Virus record (IMG/VR): IMGVR_UViG_3300025276_000022
Length of the DNA: 64,000 bases
Reading direction: 5' to 3' (one strand)
Source: a virus
Part shown: positions 1 through 9,906 of the stretch, one piece after another
Layout of the letters: the number at the start of each line of letters is the position of its first letter
How positions within the stretch are numbered: position 1 is the stretch's first letter
Position numbers and translations under genes: made by a program
The notes under the pieces: generated by a model
Seen by the model: only the letters and a program-made list of their open reading frames with translations
What the model was told of the DNA's origin: nothing
The model's database searches: none

Positions 1-365
1 CTGGACAACTTGACTTCCAAGTTGGCGCTGGTCTCTCTATCGATGACACTGGTAACACTTTTGCTGGTACTCTAAATGGTAAGATGAAAGTTTATATCGA
101 TCCATACGCGACTACTGACTATGTTACAGTTGGTTATAAAGGCACTAACGCTTATGACGCAGGTGTTTTCTACTGCCCATACGTGCCATTACAAATGGTT
201 AAAGCAGTTGGCGAGAATGATTTCCAACCACGTATCGGGTTCAAAACTCGTTACGGAATGGCTTCTAACCCATTCGTATCTCCAGCTGGCGAGCAGAACA
301 TTGCCGCTACTGCCGGAATCAACACGTACTACCGTATCTTCCGCGTCGACAACATCATGGCGTAA
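1..365 (+). CDS. gp23: Major capsid protein, C-terminal part (5' truncated by window)
   Basis: Frame open from base 3 (GQLDFQ...DDTGNTFAGTLNGKMKVYIDPY...DAGVFYCPYVPLQM...FQPRIGFKTRYG), typical T4 gp23 C-terminus. Confidence 0.97.
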   Translation, partial: GQLDFQVGAGLSIDDTGNTFAGTLNGKMKVYIDPYATTDYVTVGYKGTNAYDAGVFYCPYVPLQMVKAVGENDFQPRIGFKTRYGMASNPFVSPAGEQNIAATAGINTYYRIFRVDNIMA

Positions 366-414
366 GCGAAAGATTACAAAGGATAACAATAAGAAACTTT
401 GTTTTAATCTTTAT

Positions 415-441
415 AGGGGACTCTTCGGAGTCCCTTTTTTT
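415..441 (+). terminator. Rho-independent terminator after gp23
   Basis: GGGACTC-TTCG-GAGTCCC stem with C(UUCG)G tetraloop followed by T-run. Confidence 0.93.
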
Positions 442-517
442 ATGTGTTAAATAATGCATATATATGAGGGTATCAAATAATAAGGAAAGTAATTGCCAAG
501 GATGGCGCTTATTATTA

Positions 518-525
518 TATAAATA
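518..525 (+). promoter_or_regulatory. T4-type late promoter
   Basis: TATAAATA 24 nt upstream of gp3 start. Confidence 0.85.
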
Positions 526-548
526 TATGGTATACTAGAGGGTATCTC

Positions 549-1016
549 ATGGCATTAACAGATAATAAAAATTTATTGCAACCCACAGGATTCCGTGTTA
601 TAGTGGAAAGAGAAAACTATGGCAACCTAGAATTCTTTGCGCAAGCAGTATCGCATCCAGGCGCGACTGTCGCCGCGGTAGAGATCCCCGTACCCAGAAT
701 TCAAGGATTGCCTATGCCAGGCGATACTATAAGTTATGGTGAGCTCTCGTTAAATTTAATATTAGATGAAGAACTCTCTGCATATAAAGAAGTTCAGAAG
801 TGGTTGGAAGATTCTGTATACGGTAACCGAGAGGTTATACACCACGATATCTCTGTGCTAATTCTAAGTAGTCACAATAACTCTTGTGCAAAAATAAATT
901 ATAAAAACTGTATACCTACTCAGTTAGGTGCTATAGAATTTAGTTCTACAGCTGGTGATGTGACGTACGTAAACTTTGATGCAACCTTTAGATTTACAGA
1001 ATTTGTTTTGTTATGA
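549..1016 (+). CDS. gp3: Tail completion / sheath stabilizer protein
   Basis: NLLQPTGF...FFAQAVSHPG...PGDTISYGEL motifs, position after gp23. Confidence 0.85.
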   Translation: MALTDNKNLLQPTGFRVIVERENYGNLEFFAQAVSHPGATVAAVEIPVPRIQGLPMPGDTISYGELSLNLILDEELSAYKEVQKWLEDSVYGNREVIHHDISVLILSSHNNSCAKINYKNCIPTQLGAIEFSSTAGDVTYVNFDATFRFTEFVLL

Positions 1017-1657
1017 GCCTGACCAAGTTTCCGATTAAGAATGCAGCAGTTCTGAGCATTCTTGAAGATTTCAGATATACTTATCGTGAGTTATATCAAC
1101 CTGAAAATACTAACACCTGTTTGTTCCCCGAAATGAAAGGTATGGCGGATCACTACACTGGTGAAGATGAAATGTGGCGTATCATTGACATGGGAGAGGA
1201 GCATGACGGTTCTGCATCTACCTCTGTATGTTATGCAATTAAACCAGATCACTATAACGGTACCCACCCAGAAGAGTACTCGAAGACGTGGATTAACCTC
1301 AACACCAGCCTGACCGAAGAGTTAGGTGTCCAACACAGTGCTCTCTCTACTCTATATCCACCCCAAGGGTTTATTGGTTGGCATAATAATGCAAATGCAT
1401 CTGCGTATAATATAATATTCACTTGGTCAGAACATGGTGAAGGATGGTTCAAGTATGTTGACCCCAAGACTCAAGAGGTCATAACAATCCAAGATGAGAA
1501 GGGTTGGAACTTGAAGGCAGGACACTTCGGTATATATGGGTCTGGTGATGTAGTTTACCATTCTGCAAAGACAGATTGCTATAGGATGACTTTAAGTTAC
1601 ACGCTAGGCCATGATGAATATTATTGGAAAGATTGTATTGACTTTATAACCAGTTAG
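1013..1657 (+). CDS. 2OG-Fe(II) oxygenase-like (DSBH) protein
   Basis: YPPQGFIGWHNN...YHSAKTDCYRMTL: H-x-N...H...R pattern; paralog at 27946. Confidence 0.6.
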   Translation: MSLTKFPIKNAAVLSILEDFRYTYRELYQPENTNTCLFPEMKGMADHYTGEDEMWRIIDMGEEHDGSASTSVCYAIKPDHYNGTHPEEYSKTWINLNTSLTEELGVQHSALSTLYPPQGFIGWHNNANASAYNIIFTWSEHGEGWFKYVDPKTQEVITIQDEKGWNLKAGHFGIYGSGDVVYHSAKTDCYRMTLSYTLGHDEYYWKDCIDFITS

Positions 1658-1666
1658 TGTTATACT
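1638..1666 (+). promoter_or_regulatory. sigma70-type promoter for uvsY
   Basis: TTGACT-N17-TATACT with TG extension. Confidence 0.7.
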
Positions 1667-1694
1667 AAATAACATTACATGAAAAGGTCTATAT

Positions 1695-2141
1695 ATGATT
1701 GATTTAGAATCCATTCTTATCGAATGGCAGAAAGACTGTGAGATATCACAACACCAACTGGACGAAGTCTCCCGACAGACTCCATCACTACATGCAAAAT
1801 ATTTGCAGTATCTGGCGTTCGCCAAACTACAACTCAAACGTTCTGAAAATAAACAGAAGACGTTGCTCAAACAAAAGTTCTTATACTATAACGGAAAGAT
1901 GTCTGAAGAAGAGGTCTTGGCGACTGGGTGGGATTTAGATCCATTCAATGGTCTGCGAATGTTAAAAGGTGAGATGGAGTACTACTACGACGCTGACTCT
2001 GAGATTCAGAAGTCAGAAGAGAAGCTCATATACTACAAAACTCTTATCGATACTCTGAAAGATATTGTTGATACTTTGAAGTGGAGACACCAAACTGTCA
2101 AAAATATGATTCAATGGCGTATGTTCGAAGCAGGCGGTTAA
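1695..2141 (+). CDS. uvsY: Recombination mediator UvsY
   Basis: LHAKYL...YYNGK...YYDAD...WRHQTVKNMIQWRMFEAGG; precedes uvsW. Confidence 0.9.
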   Translation: MIDLESILIEWQKDCEISQHQLDEVSRQTPSLHAKYLQYLAFAKLQLKRSENKQKTLLKQKFLYYNGKMSEEEVLATGWDLDPFNGLRMLKGEMEYYYDADSEIQKSEEKLIYYKTLIDTLKDIVDTLKWRHQTVKNMIQWRMFEAGG

Positions 2142-2186
2142 GTAACATATAAGTATACTCACGAAGTATGAAAGGATATTATTGAG

Positions 2187-2339
2187 ATGTATGATACAGA
2201 AGATCTAAGAAAAGCAGAACAACTTCATCTGTTAGGACATAAAACAGATATTAATATTATTGAACTAGCAAAGATTCTTTATGAGCATAGACAACAAAAT
2301 TCGAATCAGGATGTTGAACCACAGTTTCTTCGCGGTTGA
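2187..2339 (+). CDS. Small hypothetical protein (50 aa) overlapping uvsW start
   Basis: MYDTEDLRKAEQLHLLGH...; AAGGA upstream; below ORF-track cut-off. Confidence 0.45.
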   Translation: MYDTEDLRKAEQLHLLGHKTDINIIELAKILYEHRQQNSNQDVEPQFLRG

Positions 2340-3810
2340 AGCCCATCCAGCGCAGGAACAAGAGTTAAGGGAATACTTTTCGTTTTTTGTGCCGGGCTAC
2401 AAGTTCATGCCAGCCTACAAGCGCAAGCAGTGGGACGGTCGCGTAAAACTTTATAACATGGTATCCAAACAAATGAACGTGGGTCTGTATACTCACCTTC
2501 GTCGTTTCTGTGCAGATCGTTTTTATCAGTTGGAGATACTCGAACATGAGGTGTATGGAATACCCTCATTTAAGGAAGATATAGACCACCCTGCTCTAAT
2601 TGACTTTCTGTCAGTGCTGGATGTTCCTTTTAAACCTAGAGACTATCAGTATAAGGCCATTGCTCACGGAGTCGAGAACAGGCGCTGTCTGCTGTTGAGT
2701 CCTACGGGTAGTGGTAAGTCGTTCATCATTTATAACCTTCTCCGGTATTGCTATGAAGTAACCGAAGGTAAAATACTGGTCATTGTCCCAACCACTTCCT
2801 TAGTTGAACAGATGTACAAAGACTTTTCCGACTACGGTTATGACGTGGATGATTTCTGTCATAAAATATATTCCGGTAAAGAGAAGGTCACTGATAAGAG
2901 AGTTATCATCTCCACGTGGCAGTCAATCTATAAGTTTGGTAAGGAATGGTTTGAACAGTTTAACACTATCTTTGGTGATGAAGTACATCTTTTCAAAGCA
3001 AAGTCTCTCTCTGGTATGATGGACAAGTGTACTGAAGCACAATATAGGTTTGGTCTTACTGGTACTCTTGACGGTACTGAGACTAATAAACTAGTGTTAG
3101 AGGGTTTGTTTGGGCCCACGTTTACGGTAACTAGAACCGTAGAACTCCAAAAGAATAAACAACTAGCAGAGTTGGAGATATCAATTCTGTTGTTAAGGTA
3201 TCATAGTGATATCTGTAATATGATGAAAGATAAAAACTATCAAGAGGAACTTGATTATATCGTCACATATGAACCACGTAATAAGTTTATAAGTAAGATT
3301 GCATTAGATCAAAAAGGGAATACTTTAGTTATGTTTCAGTTTGTAGAGAAACATGGTAAGGTATTATATGAAATGATCAAGTCACTAGCGGCAGAAGGTA
3401 GGAAGGTGTTTTACGTTTCTGGTGAGGTAGATGTGACTGATCGAGAACTGATACGAGGTATAGTAGAGAAAGAAAATGACTCAATTATTGTTGCCTCTTT
3501 GGGCACTTTCAGCACTGGCATCAACATCCGCAATCTGCATAATATTGTATTCGCGACTCCATCCAAATCTCAGGTTAAGGTACTCCAATCAGTTGGCCGT
3601 GGTCTCCGCCAGTCTGACGATGGTAGGACTACTAAGCTTATTGATATCGCTGACGATCTCCATGTCAAATCTCATAAGAACTTTACTCTGAGACATAGCG
3701 CCGAAAGGATTAAGATATATACTAAGGAAGGATTTGATTATAAAGTGTATCCTATTGACTTAAAACCCACAAGAGTAGAAAATGATGACAAAGACGAATT
3801 CTTCGATTAG
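2281..3810 (+). CDS. uvsW: SF2 DNA helicase UvsW
   Basis: PRDYQ, SPTGSGKS, DEVH, GLTGT, QSVGRGLR motifs. Confidence 0.96.
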   Translation: MSIDNKIRIRMLNHSFFAVEAHPAQEQELREYFSFFVPGYKFMPAYKRKQWDGRVKLYNMVSKQMNVGLYTHLRRFCADRFYQLEILEHEVYGIPSFKEDIDHPALIDFLSVLDVPFKPRDYQYKAIAHGVENRRCLLLSPTGSGKSFIIYNLLRYCYEVTEGKILVIVPTTSLVEQMYKDFSDYGYDVDDFCHKIYSGKEKVTDKRVIISTWQSIYKFGKEWFEQFNTIFGDEVHLFKAKSLSGMMDKCTEAQYRFGLTGTLDGTETNKLVLEGLFGPTFTVTRTVELQKNKQLAELEISILLLRYHSDICNMMKDKNYQEELDYIVTYEPRNKFISKIALDQKGNTLVMFQFVEKHGKVLYEMIKSLAAEGRKVFYVSGEVDVTDRELIRGIVEKENDSIIVASLGTFSTGINIRNLHNIVFATPSKSQVKVLQSVGRGLRQSDDGRTTKLIDIADDLHVKSHKNFTLRHSAERIKIYTKEGFDYKVYPIDLKPTRVENDDKDEFFD

Positions 3811-4201
3811 ACATTTGAAATTAGTAACAGGTGAGGAAGTCATCTGTGAAGTTTTAGATGAATCTTCAGATACTATCGTTGTGAATAATGCTATGAGTTT
3901 AATGCAGAATTCTTTAAAGAATGGTGATAAGTTTTTTACGTTCAAGACATATATGATTTATCAGGATACTCCTACAAATGTAATAATAGTTTTTACTGAT
4001 AAGATTATGTCTCTAGCAACACCAGCAAAAGGAATGATTGAACAGTATACTATTGCTCTGAGAGAGATGGCTAATTATCTAGAACAGAATTTCAATGAAG
4101 ATGATATTGAAGATGATAGAGACATTGATGACTGGTTAGATGATATGACAAAAGAAAATACTGTTATTGATTCAGATGTCAACGGAATGTTGATGAACTA
4201 A
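3782..4201 (+). CDS. Conserved T4-like protein, Sm-like fold suspected
   Basis: LKLVTGEEVICEV N-terminal beta pattern, acidic tail. Confidence 0.55.
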   Translation: MMTKTNSSIRHLKLVTGEEVICEVLDESSDTIVVNNAMSLMQNSLKNGDKFFTFKTYMIYQDTPTNVIIVFTDKIMSLATPAKGMIEQYTIALREMANYLEQNFNEDDIEDDRDIDDWLDDMTKENTVIDSDVNGMLMN

Positions 4202-4235
4202 ATTCTTATATACTCCCCTCTGGGACAGTAAAGAT

Positions 4236-4264
4236 ATTATACACTATAAAACAGGATCTGTCAA
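4236..4264 (-). promoter_or_regulatory. Antisense sigma70 promoter
   Basis: Minus strand TTGACA(GAT)-N17-TATAAT, perfect consensus, no downstream ORF. Confidence 0.75.
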
Positions 4265-4270
4265 GGACAA

Positions 4271-4651
4271 ATGAAAATAAAATATTATCCTTATATTATA
4301 CTACCAATCGGAACCTTTATTCCTAAAAGGTTTGCCGCAGTGGTGTTTCTTTTCATTATATTTGTTCGCAGGGGATCTAGAAACAACCAAGCACTCATAG
4401 AACATGAGAAAGTACATGTCCGACAATTCTGGAGGACGTTCTGCACACACCCTATATGGTACCAGTTTAGTAAAGCATACAGACTTCGTGCAGAAGTTGA
4501 AGGTTATGCGGTACAGATAAAGGTAAGAGAAGTGCTTGGTAAGAAACCTGAATTCGAACGTCACGCTAAATTTATCGCTACTCACTATAATCTAGATGTC
4601 ACAATTGCCGAAGCAAAAGCATTGTTGATAGAGGAACACAGTAAATTATGA
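4271..4651 (+). CDS. Small zincin-like (HExxH) protein
   Basis: LIEHEKVHVRQ...RAEVEGYA; hydrophobic N-terminal segment. Confidence 0.55.
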   Translation: MKIKYYPYIILPIGTFIPKRFAAVVFLFIIFVRRGSRNNQALIEHEKVHVRQFWRTFCTHPIWYQFSKAYRLRAEVEGYAVQIKVREVLGKKPEFERHAKFIATHYNLDVTIAEAKALLIEEHSKL

Positions 4652-5061
4652 AAGTAGTGGGATTCACTTGTTCAGCATTCGATCTGTTACACGCAGGCCA
4701 TGTCGCAATGTTACGTGACGCAAAGGCACACTGTGACTACCTTATATGCGGTCTTCAAGTAGATCCTTCGTTAGACCGTAAACATAAGAATTCTCCGGTA
4801 CAAAGTATTGTCGAACGATACTCTCAACTAAATGCTGTCGGTTATGTAGATGAGATAATTCCATACGTAACTGAGCAAGACCTTGAAGATATTCTCTCTA
4901 TGTATCAAATAGACCTTCGCATAATGGGTGAAGAGTATAGAGATAATGATTTTACAGGTAAGGACATCTGTAGGAAACGAGGTATACAATTATACTTCAA
5001 TGAAAGGTCACATAGATTCTCTTCCAGCGGATTGAGGGAAAGAGTTAAGGCAAAAGATTGA
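4648..5061 (+). CDS. TagD-like cytidylyltransferase
   Basis: GFTCSAFDLLHAGH (HxGH), RSHRFSSSGLR. Confidence 0.9.
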   Translation: MKVVGFTCSAFDLLHAGHVAMLRDAKAHCDYLICGLQVDPSLDRKHKNSPVQSIVERYSQLNAVGYVDEIIPYVTEQDLEDILSMYQIDLRIMGEEYRDNDFTGKDICRKRGIQLYFNERSHRFSSSGLRERVKAKD

Positions 5062-5086
5062 CAAGACCTCCGTTTTTTGTTATAAT
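5058..5086 (+). promoter_or_regulatory. sigma70 promoter for gp55; -35 contains upstream stop codon
   Basis: TTGACA-N17-TATAAT. Confidence 0.85.
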
Positions 5087-5116
5087 GGCTACTTAATTAA
5101 ACAAGTGATATAACTT

Positions 5117-5704
5117 ATGAAACCTAAAGAAAAACCGCACTACGTGAACAATAGAGATTTTTCTAACGCAGTTGTCGAATACTGCACCACTGTTAAAGAC
5201 TCTAAAGAGTCGGGTAATACTCGGCCTATCGTAACTAATTATATCGCTACCTGTTTTCTAAAGATAGCAGAAGGACTTTCCCATAAAGGAAACTTTGTTC
5301 GTTATACATATCGTGAAGAGATGGTGATGGACGCAGTAGAGAATTGTCTTAAAGCAATTGAAAACTATGATATTGAAGCGGCTACCCGTTCTGGGAAACC
5401 CAATGCATTCGCATACTTCACACAGATATCATGGTACGCATTCCTCCGAAGGATCCAGAAAGAAAAGAAACAACAAGACATCAAAATGAAGTATATTGCT
5501 GAAGCAGACATCAGCGCATTCATGGACGGTGACGGTGACGGTTTCTACCACCAACAAAGTTCTCCATTTGTAGACACTCTACGTCAACGTATTGATGTGG
5601 TAAAGGGTGCTGACGACGAGTTCAAACAATATGCAAAGGAAGAGAAGAAGCGCAAACGACGTGCAGTATACGTTGACTCGGATTTATCAGAACATCTTGA
5701 ATAA
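5117..5704 (+). CDS. gp55: Late-transcription sigma factor
   Basis: HYVNN..F, CFLKIAEGLSHKGNFVRYTYREEM, NAFAYFTQI..AFLRRIQKEKKQ. Confidence 0.97.
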   Translation: MKPKEKPHYVNNRDFSNAVVEYCTTVKDSKESGNTRPIVTNYIATCFLKIAEGLSHKGNFVRYTYREEMVMDAVENCLKAIENYDIEAATRSGKPNAFAYFTQISWYAFLRRIQKEKKQQDIKMKYIAEADISAFMDGDGDGFYHQQSSPFVDTLRQRIDVVKGADDEFKQYAKEEKKRKRRAVYVDSDLSEHLE

Positions 5705-5713
5705 ATATTGCCC

Positions 5714-5742
5714 TTGACAGGGTGATATAATTATAGTATAAT
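5714..5742 (+). promoter_or_regulatory. sigma70 promoter for gp47
   Basis: TTGACA-N17-TATAAT. Confidence 0.85.
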
Positions 5743-5772
5743 AGCAGTTATATAAATCGAGTTGAGTCTTTT

Positions 5773-6831
5773 ATGAAGCTAGCAATATTAAATGATACGC
5801 ACTGCGGTTGTCGGAATTCGTCCGATATCTTTATGGAGTATCAGGAACGTTTTTACAGCGAAGTCTTTTTTCCGTATCTTCTTGAGAACGGCATTACTCA
5901 GATCCTACATCTGGGTGATTATTATGACAACCGTAAAACCATCAATCTTAAAGCGTTAAACCATAACCGCCGTATCTTCTTGGATAAGCTCCGTGATTAC
6001 GGTATCACTATGGATATAATTCCAGGCAACCATGACGTTTACTTTAAAAATACTATTGAACTAAACTCCCTGAAAGAGTTGATGGGACACTATATCAATG
6101 AAGTAGACATCCTAATGGATCCTGTCGTCCGTGAGTATGGTGGCGTTAAGTTTGGTCTTGTCCCTTGGATCTGTCCTGAGAACGAGAAAGAGATATTGTC
6201 TTTCTTAGAGAACTGTGGTGCTGATGTCATCGGTGGCCACTTCGAACTCGCAGGGTTTGAGATGGATAAGGGTGTTGTATGCCATAGTGGTATGGATCCG
6301 AAACCTCTAGAACGTTTTGAAACTGTGTTGTCCGGACACTTCCATACTAAATCTAGTAAGGGTAACATTACTTACTTAGGAGCACAACTAGAGTTCTTCT
6401 GGAACGATGCTCATGACCCCAAGTACTTCCACATCTACGATACAGAAACTCGTGAGATGACCCCCATACAGAATACGGTCGCACTATTTCATAAAATATA
6501 TTATGATGAGACTACCATTAATTACTTCGAAGATCTTTCACATCTAGACGGTAAGTTTGTTAAGTTGATTGTCTCGAATCGATCAGACATGCAGAAGTTT
6601 GAACGTTACGTTGACAGGATCCAGCAACAGAAGATTCACGAGTTGAAGATTGCAGAAGACTTTAAAGAATTTCGTGGAGAAAATGTAGCTAATAATGATA
6701 TTACTATTGACGACACCGAAACTTTAGTGTATAATTATATACAAGAAGTCGATACTGATTTAGATAAAGAACGTATCAAGGCTGTAGTATCCGAATTAAT
6801 GATTGAGGCACAGAGCGTCGAAATGGCATGA
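5773..6831 (+). CDS. gp47: Recombination endonuclease subunit (Mre11/SbcD-like)
   Basis: DTH, HLGD, GNHD, GHF, SGHFH metallophosphoesterase motifs. Confidence 0.96.
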   Translation: MKLAILNDTHCGCRNSSDIFMEYQERFYSEVFFPYLLENGITQILHLGDYYDNRKTINLKALNHNRRIFLDKLRDYGITMDIIPGNHDVYFKNTIELNSLKELMGHYINEVDILMDPVVREYGGVKFGLVPWICPENEKEILSFLENCGADVIGGHFELAGFEMDKGVVCHSGMDPKPLERFETVLSGHFHTKSSKGNITYLGAQLEFFWNDAHDPKYFHIYDTETREMTPIQNTVALFHKIYYDETTINYFEDLSHLDGKFVKLIVSNRSDMQKFERYVDRIQQQKIHELKIAEDFKEFRGENVANNDITIDDTETLVYNYIQEVDTDLDKERIKAVVSELMIEAQSVEMA

Positions 6832-8552
6832 TTAAATTTGAAACCTTACGTTGGAAGAACTTTCTTTCAACAGGCGACTACTATAATGAGATAAACTTCC
6901 TAGACAGTTCTACCAACTTAATCGTTGGTGAGAATGGTGCAGGGAAATCTACAATGCTCGATGCGTTATCGTTTGCATTATTCGGTAAGGCCCATCGGAA
7001 GATTACTAAGAACCAATTAGTCAATACGATTAATAATAAAGGGTGTATTACCGAAGTAACCTTTACTGTGAATAGTGTACAGTATCGTATTGTACGTGGA
7101 ATCAAACCTGCCAAGTTTGAGATCTGGAAAGGTGGGAGCATGATTAATCAGAGTTCCCACGCAAGAGAATACCAAGAGATTCTTGAGAAGAACGTCATAC
7201 AGATGTCTCACAAGAGTTTTCACCAAATTGTTGTCCTCGGCTCGTCGTCTTTTATCCCGTTCATGCAACTCAACTCGACCTCTCGACGTGACGTGATAGA
7301 AGACCTCCTTGACATTAATATCTTCTCAAAGATGAATACTTTACTCAAGGAAAAGACCTCTCTCTTAAAAGGCGAGCTCGAGCACAACACCCACGGTATT
7401 GAAATGATCAAGACTAGGATCAATTCTCAAAAGAAGTATATCCGTGATCTGACTGCTATCAACACTCAACATCGTAAAGATAAAGAGGGTGATATCTCTG
7501 AACTGCATACTGAGATTGAAGAACTAAATGCGGTGAACAGTACTATGTCTGCGACGGTTAACGATTTGCTCCCTACTGTCACCGATAGTTTGTCTACTCT
7601 TCGTGCAAAAAAACAGATACTAGATCAGTACTATGCGCAATTTAAGAATCAGGTAAAGACTGTAGTCAAGGAAGCAAAGTTCTTTGATGATAATGAGCAT
7701 TGTCCTACGTGTGACCAAGACATCGCAGAAGAGTTACGTCAAGAGAAAAAGCACTCTGCGACTTCTAAAGCGAAAGAGCTCAAAGGCACAATGGATAAGG
7801 CTGAAGTTCAACGCCAAGAATATGAAGATGAGATAGTTATATTAGAGTCTCGAATGAAAGAATGCCTTGCTGATCAGAATACGTTGAACAATAACAATCA
7901 AACCATTAGTCGTTTGCAGCGGTCTATCTCTAAGATTAAATCTGATTTAGACGACATGACTACAAACTCTGGTGATATGGGTCAGGCTAATACAGACCTT
8001 ACTACACTAGACTCTGAATTGCATGACTTGACCGACAGTAAGTTCATACTTAATGAAAGAGCGTCTTATAACCGCATTGCTAGTGAGTTGTTGCGTGACA
8101 CCGGAATTAAGACTAAGATTATCCGACAGTACGTACCAGTCATTAATGAACTGACTAACAAGTACTTACAGATACTAGACTTCTTTGTACACTTTGAATT
8201 GGATGATAGTTTCAGCGAAACCATCCGGTCACGATACCGAGACACGTTCTCTTATGACTCATTCTCTGAGGGTGAGAAACAACGTATTGACTTATCCCTA
8301 TTATTTACTTGGCGTAACATTGCCAAGATGAAGAATTCCATATCGACTAACTTGTTGATTTTGGATGAAACGTTCGACTCTTCGTTGGACGGTGAAGGTG
8401 TAGATAATCTTATGAAGATCATCGACACATTGAAAGAAGACACCAATGTCTTTGTAATCTCTCACAAGACTGAACTTGAGGATGCTCACTTCGAACGCAA
8501 GTTGACATTCATCAAAGATAAAAACTTCAGCCGAATGAAGGAAAGCACTTGA
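6828..8552 (+). CDS. gp46: Recombination ATPase subunit (Rad50/SbcC-like)
   Basis: GENGAGKST, CPTC hook, FSEGEKQR, LILDE. Confidence 0.97.
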   Translation: MIKFETLRWKNFLSTGDYYNEINFLDSSTNLIVGENGAGKSTMLDALSFALFGKAHRKITKNQLVNTINNKGCITEVTFTVNSVQYRIVRGIKPAKFEIWKGGSMINQSSHAREYQEILEKNVIQMSHKSFHQIVVLGSSSFIPFMQLNSTSRRDVIEDLLDINIFSKMNTLLKEKTSLLKGELEHNTHGIEMIKTRINSQKKYIRDLTAINTQHRKDKEGDISELHTEIEELNAVNSTMSATVNDLLPTVTDSLSTLRAKKQILDQYYAQFKNQVKTVVKEAKFFDDNEHCPTCDQDIAEELRQEKKHSATSKAKELKGTMDKAEVQRQEYEDEIVILESRMKECLADQNTLNNNNQTISRLQRSISKIKSDLDDMTTNSGDMGQANTDLTTLDSELHDLTDSKFILNERASYNRIASELLRDTGIKTKIIRQYVPVINELTNKYLQILDFFVHFELDDSFSETIRSRYRDTFSYDSFSEGEKQRIDLSLLFTWRNIAKMKNSISTNLLILDETFDSSLDGEGVDNLMKIIDTLKEDTNVFVISHKTELEDAHFERKLTFIKDKNFSRMKEST

Positions 8553-8577
8553 CAGACGGGTGTAAACACTGTATAAT
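8549..8577 (+). promoter_or_regulatory. sigma70 promoter for gp45; -35 contains gp46 stop
   Basis: TTGACAGAC...N17-TATAAT. Confidence 0.85.
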
Positions 8578-8606
8578 GATCACCATACTAACTAAGGAAT
8601 ATAACA

Positions 8607-9284
8607 ATGGAATTATCTAGTCGCACGGTCGAGATCCTACGTAACTTCTCGACAATCAATCCAAACATCGTAGTCAATGGCGGTAACGTCCTGAAGACTA
8701 TGTCGATAGCAAAGAACATCGTCTCTCGTGCTGAGATCGAAGAAAGTTTTCCGAACACCTTCGGTATCTATGATCTCTCTGAGTTTCTATCTGTGTTGTC
8801 ATTAGTAGATCGTCCATCGATTACTTTCGGTGATAACTTCTGTACCGTATCAGACGGTAGTGGATTATCGTCGGTCAAATACTTCTACTCTGATCCAGAA
8901 ATGCTTTCTGCACCTAAGAAAGATATCGTAATGCCTGAGTGTGAAGTTAAGTTCTTGCTTACTAATGATACCCTAGGTAAGATCAAACGTGCGTCGTCTG
9001 CACTTGGTTATGACAATATCTCTATCCGTCCAAACGGAAAGTCTATTGAGATTAACGTAGTCGACGCAAATGACAAAACGTCTAACTCATATTCTGTATT
9101 AGTCGAAGGTGAATTCCCTGAATGGGATGACTTCAACTTTATCATGGGTGTGAGTAATATGAAGCTGTTAGGCGGTGACTATGAAGTATCAATCTCAACT
9201 AAATTGATATCTCACTTCAAATCAGTAAACTCAGAGACGCAATACTTCATTGCTCTCGAAAAGTCATCTACCTACGGAGCATAA
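8607..9284 (+). CDS. gp45: Sliding clamp
   Basis: LS..TVEILRNFSTIN, FGIYDLSEFL, YFIALE. Confidence 0.95.
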   Translation: MELSSRTVEILRNFSTINPNIVVNGGNVLKTMSIAKNIVSRAEIEESFPNTFGIYDLSEFLSVLSLVDRPSITFGDNFCTVSDGSGLSSVKYFYSDPEMLSAPKKDIVMPECEVKFLLTNDTLGKIKRASSALGYDNISIRPNGKSIEINVVDANDKTSNSYSVLVEGEFPEWDDFNFIMGVSNMKLLGGDYEVSISTKLISHFKSVNSETQYFIALEKSSTYGA

Positions 9285-9285
9285 C

Positions 9286-9501
9286 ATGACTGAAGAACAA
9301 AAATCCCTAAATGACCTATCGAACCGTGTAGCACGATCATGTGTTGCAGTTGTCGACACAGTAGTAACACGTGGTGGTTTTAAAGGTGAAGAACTAACTA
9401 CCATCGGTCAACTACGTGACCAAGCGATCCAAGTAGTAGCACTCTATGAGACTGTTGCGAAGGCACACGCTGAAGCTGCTTCTAAACCTAAAAAGAAGTA
9501 G
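9286..9501 (+). CDS. Hypothetical protein
   Basis: ATG 9286 after GGAG; RGGFKGEEL..IG motif. Confidence 0.75.
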   Translation: MTEEQKSLNDLSNRVARSCVAVVDTVVTRGGFKGEELTTIGQLRDQAIQVVALYETVAKAHAEAASKPKKK

Positions 9502-9601
9502 ACCCTCTTATCGGTCTCTTGGTTCGCGATGTCTTTGCCCGAGATATGATTTGAATTGATTATATATATTATGACTAAATTGAATCAAGAGACCGACCTA
9601 A

Positions 9602-9868
9602 TTGTTAAAGTTAAACCCCAGTATAGCTAAAGAATCCGCAGTTCATGTATTGTCTGGGGCTATGGTCAATTACCCTCTCAATATATTTTTCCTTTGGTTA
9701 ATTATAGAACGATGGGGAATAACTGATCCGTTCTGGATAACTAACATAATTACTTGTTGGTTCTCCATCACTGCTTTCACTCGCATATATATAATAAGGT
9801 CATATGCAGAAAAACGCAAGTCAAAGAAACGCTCGGATAGCTCAGTTGGTAGAGCAGCTGACTTGTAA
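9602..9868 (+). CDS. Small two-TM membrane protein, overlaps tRNA-Thr
   Basis: Two hydrophobic segments ending FTRIYIIR; TTG start uncertain. Confidence 0.6.
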   Translation: MLKLNPSIAKESAVHVLSGAMVNYPLNIFFLWLIIERWGITDPFWITNIITCWFSITAFTRIYIIRSYAEKRKSKKRSDSSVGRAADL

Positions 9869-9906
9869 TCAGCAGGTCGCAGGTTCGACTCCTGTTCCGA
9901 GCTCCA
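9831..9906 (+). tRNA. tRNA-Thr(UGU)
   Basis: Full cloverleaf, anticodon loop CTTGTAA, TTCGA T-loop, CCA. Confidence 0.97.

Noticed and set aside
496-507. GCCA-AGGA-TGGC hairpin as a CsrA/RsmA sponge
   Set aside because: Only one convincing GGA-loop hairpin, located between a terminator and a promoter.
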